A DNA stretch of 63,743 bases, the filler included, from Atractiella rhizophila (Eukaryota): the NCBI GenBank assembly GCA_021432655.1. It is 3 parts of 3 records of this genome, joined end to end, with 100 filler letters (N's around TTAATTAATTAA, not from the genome) between each part and the next. Parts side by side here need not be neighbours in the genome. Positions count along the whole stretch, not along the records: positions 58,414 to 63,743 come from MU271799.1; 2 more parts are not named here. One strand, written 5' to 3'. Under the pieces are notes generated by a model that saw only the letters and a list, made by a program, of their open reading frames with translations, was not told where the DNA came from and made no database searches. Numbering within the stretch: position 1 is the stretch's first letter; every line of letters starts with the position of its first letter. Both the position numbers and the translations under genes were made by a program. Positions 59,788-63,743 of this stretch are shown here, piece after piece.

Positions 59788-62276
59788 ATGGCGGCCATCC
59801 CAGGCGACCCAGAGGTGACTTGTAACCCAAGGACGCTCTTCAGCACCTCTACAACCCTCATCCAGACCACAACCACCATCTTCGGGCTTGAGTTCCCTAC
59901 CGTGAGTGGTTCCTTGCCCGGTCAGAATGGGTCATGATTTCGTTTCGCTCGCTTAGGTTATCACCTCTACCATCCGTGTTCCCACTTCTACCGTCTTCCA
60001 GACCTGTGAGTGCTCTCCTGACTGCTTTGAGGGTTCGTGGCTAACTGGAGGAATCAAGGTCCTCTCACGACTTCTTCAACCTCTTCAACCTCAACCACAA
60101 CTGGTACCACGACCACAACGGGTACTACGACTTCCACTTCCTCCACTACGGTGAGCTCTTCTTCGAGTTTTCGTCCCTCTTCCCCACTGTGCCCGGCAAG
60201 GAAGTTGGCTGGCTCCACTGGGGGGTGTATTTTCTTTTTCGTGATTCTTTGTCGGCTTTCTTTGTTCTCGTGCTTGTGCACCATGCGGTGAATGGTCCCC
60301 CGCTTCAACGTCTTGGAATCACATCATTGTGTTAGCATAATGTTGAGACATGCGCCAGAAGGATGTCTCAGCATCACGCTTGAAAGGGCAATTCTGCGCT
60401 GGTTGCTGGAAATTTCTTGATTTCAACAAAAGCAGGCGGTCTTTCGCATGCTTCCGTGGCCCATCAATAATAGCCGCATTTCCGGACCGTGTCCCTTTCA
60501 NNNNNNNNNNNNNNNNNNNNNNNNNNNNNNNNNNNNNNNNNNNNNNNNNNNNNNNNNNNNNNNNNNNNNNNNNNNNNNNNNNNNNNNNNNNNNNNNNNNN
60601 NNNNNNNNNNNNNNNNNNNNNNNNNNNNNNNNNNNNNNNNNNNNNNNNNNNNNNNTCCGTGACTGTGGTGTGACCCTCGCAGTAGGAGACTTCAGGGGGA
60701 GGCGACTGGGCTTGGAGAGCACAACGGACTACTAGGTACAGCGCCAGGAGGGTAGGAGCGCAAAGGCAAGGGCAAGGGCAAAGATAACCCTAGGGAGTGA
60801 GGACCCCCTCCTCCGTCACCAACTAGGTCTGCAAGGGATAACCCTGACCATCCGACAACTCACCTTCGCGCTTGTAGTGGGACTACCTTTCAGGACGCTA
60901 CTTTTAGTCCTTTCAGCTTTAACAAGCCGACGACAGGTAGCAAGCTGTGCCAGCCAGGTCCAACGTAACAGCTTCTGGCGCGGCCGACAGCCAGGGAAAC
61001 GAACAGTGGAAGTACCTTCCAGACCGGGGAGACTGCAACAACTAGTGACATTAGCGCTCCACGAGGTCCTTGGCCCTGCCCCTGTCCTCCGCCTCGCAAA
61101 GGGGCGGCAACAGGAACTGGAACTGACCGTCAACTAACTCGTCCAGCTTCCCGCCGGCCTACAACAGGACCCCACCAGGAGGAGGTGGTCGGCTGCGTAT
61201 CTTTTTCAGTAGGACGACTAATACAGGCGGTCGTATTCCTTATGGAAGCGGACTTATAGGAGGCCCACAGGAAGGTCGCCCTTCGCCTCCTCACAGTACC
61301 CCTCTCGGAACTACCGATACTCTCCTTAATAACATCATCTTTCGCCCCAAGCCACCTCGTCCAACTATTGCTCCTAGCATCAATGGCACCCTTACCCTCG
61401 AGCCAGGCGACGGTGGCATCTTCAGCAGAAGCAGAACGCGGTTTTGCAGGAGACCTCTTCCAGATGGACCAGGCTCCTTAACTTGACCGCGTCCAACCGC
61501 AACCGAGTACAAGCCACCGTACAACACGCTCCCCATCATTAGGAGGACTACGGAGCTTAAGGACGCCAAGACGTCGCTCAAAACGCTGGAGGAGAATAAG
61601 CGGCGTATTCGAGGTCGGTAGGGAGGTCGTTCTCGTCGTGGACACCGACGGGGTCTCGGTTTGGGTGAGACTAGGGGAGGCGGGTTGGGTCCTCCAGGTA
61701 GTAAAGGTCTCAGCTTAGCCAAACCTCGTCGTGGTACTAGTTGTCGCTTTTACAACCTGAGGGCGGACATGAAGAGGTCATAAAGCAGTAGGGAGAGAGA
61801 ACTGAAGAATGAGTAGTTGGTAGAGTTATAGTTAGGGTTGTGGTCTTAAGGCTAGTGCGGCGGTCGCTGGGGGTGCGGCTAGAAACGCGGTCATCTTTTT
61901 ACTTGAAGGCAGTAAGAAGGGAACCAATGACAATAATCCTTATGGTTCCCACCAGCAACACCTCCTACTGCACTTTCACCACCTCCACTGCCAACAGCGT
62001 CCTCCTCCTCATTACCACCAACACCTCCTACATCACCAACACGAGCTTCAACAGCAACAACTTCAGCTTGAGATAGAGTAGGGGTAAGACAGTCTTAGAG
62101 GAGGCTAGCTACGCGTGCCGATTTTCAATCTAGGAATGAGGAATTACGACGGTTCTTCAGCGGTGGGAGGGAGTATGAGGGGACCATTGAGGATCACTAA
62201 TCAGTTGTCGGAGGAGCCTTACGATGGGATTGCGAGCGAGGATGGTGGCGTTCCTCCTTCTTATCGAACAAACTGA
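59788..62276 (+). CDS. Ser/Thr-rich single-pass membrane protein (Mid2/Wsc-like architecture); its middle lies in the reversed block
   Basis: Thr-rich exons at 59788-60150. The reversed block gives a STSTTTTSS stalk, the TM GAKIGVGVAGGVIGILVLGLILRWL and a Gly/Pro tail. The normal-orientation end reads GPLRITNQLSEEPYDG..VPPSYRTN*. Confidence 0.75.
60501..60655. other. Assembly gap, 155 N
   Basis: N run seen directly. Confidence 1.
60656..62114. other. Block written in reversed (non-complemented) orientation
   Basis: The plain reverse read contains a CTGAC..TAG acceptor followed by about 470 codons (two 1-nt homopolymer slips) that fit the flanking gene. Confidence 0.95.
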
Positions 62277-63243
62277 CGTTGTTGTTATTCGTCTATTCCT
62301 CAATCAAGTTGACTTGCTCTTGAAGGTGTAATACATCGGTAGTACATGATGATGGGATATGTTCGTTTTTACTAAAAAAGCAAACGTCGCTTCAGCTTTG
62401 CGCAGGCACGGTTATTCCAGGTGTTCCCAGGTAACGGTACTGGGTCCACGTTTTCAGTGAAAACGGATGAGCGGATGACGAAGAAGGTTCATCCGATTCC
62501 AGCATTTCATACTCTTCCATCAGAGATTTCATCGATGATGCAGGTGTATTTGTCAGGTTAGAAAGGCGGAAGGAGGAAAAAGTCGGAATGGACAGGCGGC
62601 GAGCAGCGTGCAGCCACAGAAAGGTGGCTGGATGAAATAATAGGCACCATTTCAGACGCATGCTGCTTTCAACGCTCCACCGGTCCTGCATCCGAGAGCT
62701 GTTCTGGGCTCTGTTGGTCCGAGGCTTGTCGCTGCATGCTTCGGTTGAACGGAATGTGTGCTGTTGCTTGTGGCTGTCGGAGATCCTCACATTGAGTGTG
62801 TCGCTTGAGGGCAGTGAGTGGGCTGGATGATTGATTGAGTTCGATGGCCCTTTGTGATGCCCTGAGCAGGGATACCGAAGGGATGACCTGGGGATAACAA
62901 AGATGCAACAAAGATACGATCAATGATGGATATCGATGGATATTGACAACAATGTGACAACAATTGAGGCAACGAACAAAGCGAGGAAGAAAGCTCGCCC
63001 AATGGCCCGAAAGAGCGGAAAACGGATAAATTGGACAATTGATAAGAAAAAAGAAAGTTCAAGGTTAAACTCGGAGGCCAGACGTCCGGAAAGCAACGAG
63101 GTTCGAAAAACACATGAAAGCCGGAGGAACGACAAACGACGTGGGGGCAGGACATTTATAAAAGACCGACGCTCCTATCCTTCGCACTCCTTCCATCACC
63201 AGCCAGCCATCAGCAGAGGCAGCTACAGCGTATATCGTTCAGA

Positions 63244-63743
63244 ATGCCTTGTGTAGCCCCAAAGACTCAGTCCAGGCAGACCGCCACCGTCCCTGATCCA
63301 TTCTATGGTCATAAGGGCAAGTTTTTTATGCTTCCATTCTTCCTTCTTCTTTTCCCAATGTTGACTTCTTTCTTCCAGACATCGCTCTACTATCAGAGTT
63401 CGTCATCAACCAACTCTTCTCATCACCAGGGACGCCATCATCAGCTTTTTCCTCATCCGCCTCTTTCTCTTCGATGGCTTCACCGACCAAGGGTCGTTCA
63501 GGAGCTTCAACTCCCCTCCGGTCTTCGCGACCAGTGCCACGTCTAGGTGAATTCATCGTACGTCTTTCGCTGCTCATCTTTCCTGACGCGAGGCACGCAT
63601 GTTGACGCGAATTTGACGCACAGGCCTACTCGTTGTATCGCACGCGGTTAGCAGAGCCGATACTCTTCTCCGCCCTTCTCCTGCTACGGCGTTTGAAAAC
63701 CCTTTATCCGACGGCCCGCGGCACCCCCACTTCGCCCCATCGC
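63244..63743 (+). CDS. Pcl/Pho80-type cyclin-like protein, 3'-truncated by the window end
   Basis: DPFYGHK|DIALLSEFVINQLF..PRLGEFI|AYSLYRTRLAEPILFSALLLLRRLKTLYPTARG..HR; the first intron is GC-AG. Confidence 0.8.

Noticed and set aside
60816..62076. Six-frame ORFs inside the reversed block (and those at 4084-4996)
   Set aside because: Meaningless translations of mirror-image sequence.

Overview
Gene-dense, intron-rich fungal nuclear DNA, most likely a basidiomycete (inferred from GT-AG introns of ~45-80 nt, a GRP94-type Hsp90, a DUF6534 protein and a basidiomycete-type Pcl cyclin). About 25 protein genes can be reconstructed by hand: a SOD-fold mitoribosomal protein, a DUF6534 membrane protein, a P450, dCMP deaminase, a CBS/PB1 protein, a UIM protein, an MFS transporter, NUS1, SEC53/PMM, DUF3455, MTFP1, an IQM-like protein, two BNA3-like aminotransferases flanking a SLH1/ASCC3 helicase, a multi-TM/DUF3431 protein, CZIB, GRP94, EFG1, a Ser/Thr-rich single-pass membrane protein and a cyclin. 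I found no tRNA, rRNA, CRISPR or intact transposon. The assembly is heavily scarred. It has two 100-nt N-TTAATTAATTAA-N joins and three tandem allelic duplications joined by poly-A runs. Two blocks (3813-~6640 and 60656-~62114) are written backwards without complementation and hide spliced genes that a six-frame search cannot see. The best biological leads are an in-frame TGA at the codon equivalent to human PMM2 Arg141 in the essential PMM gene, 2-, 4- and 8-nt micro-exons in the aminotransferase paralogues, a degenerate second helicase cassette in SLH1, a P450 with a CYP7-like I-helix, and three unusually long introns. All calls are by eye and no database searches were run.
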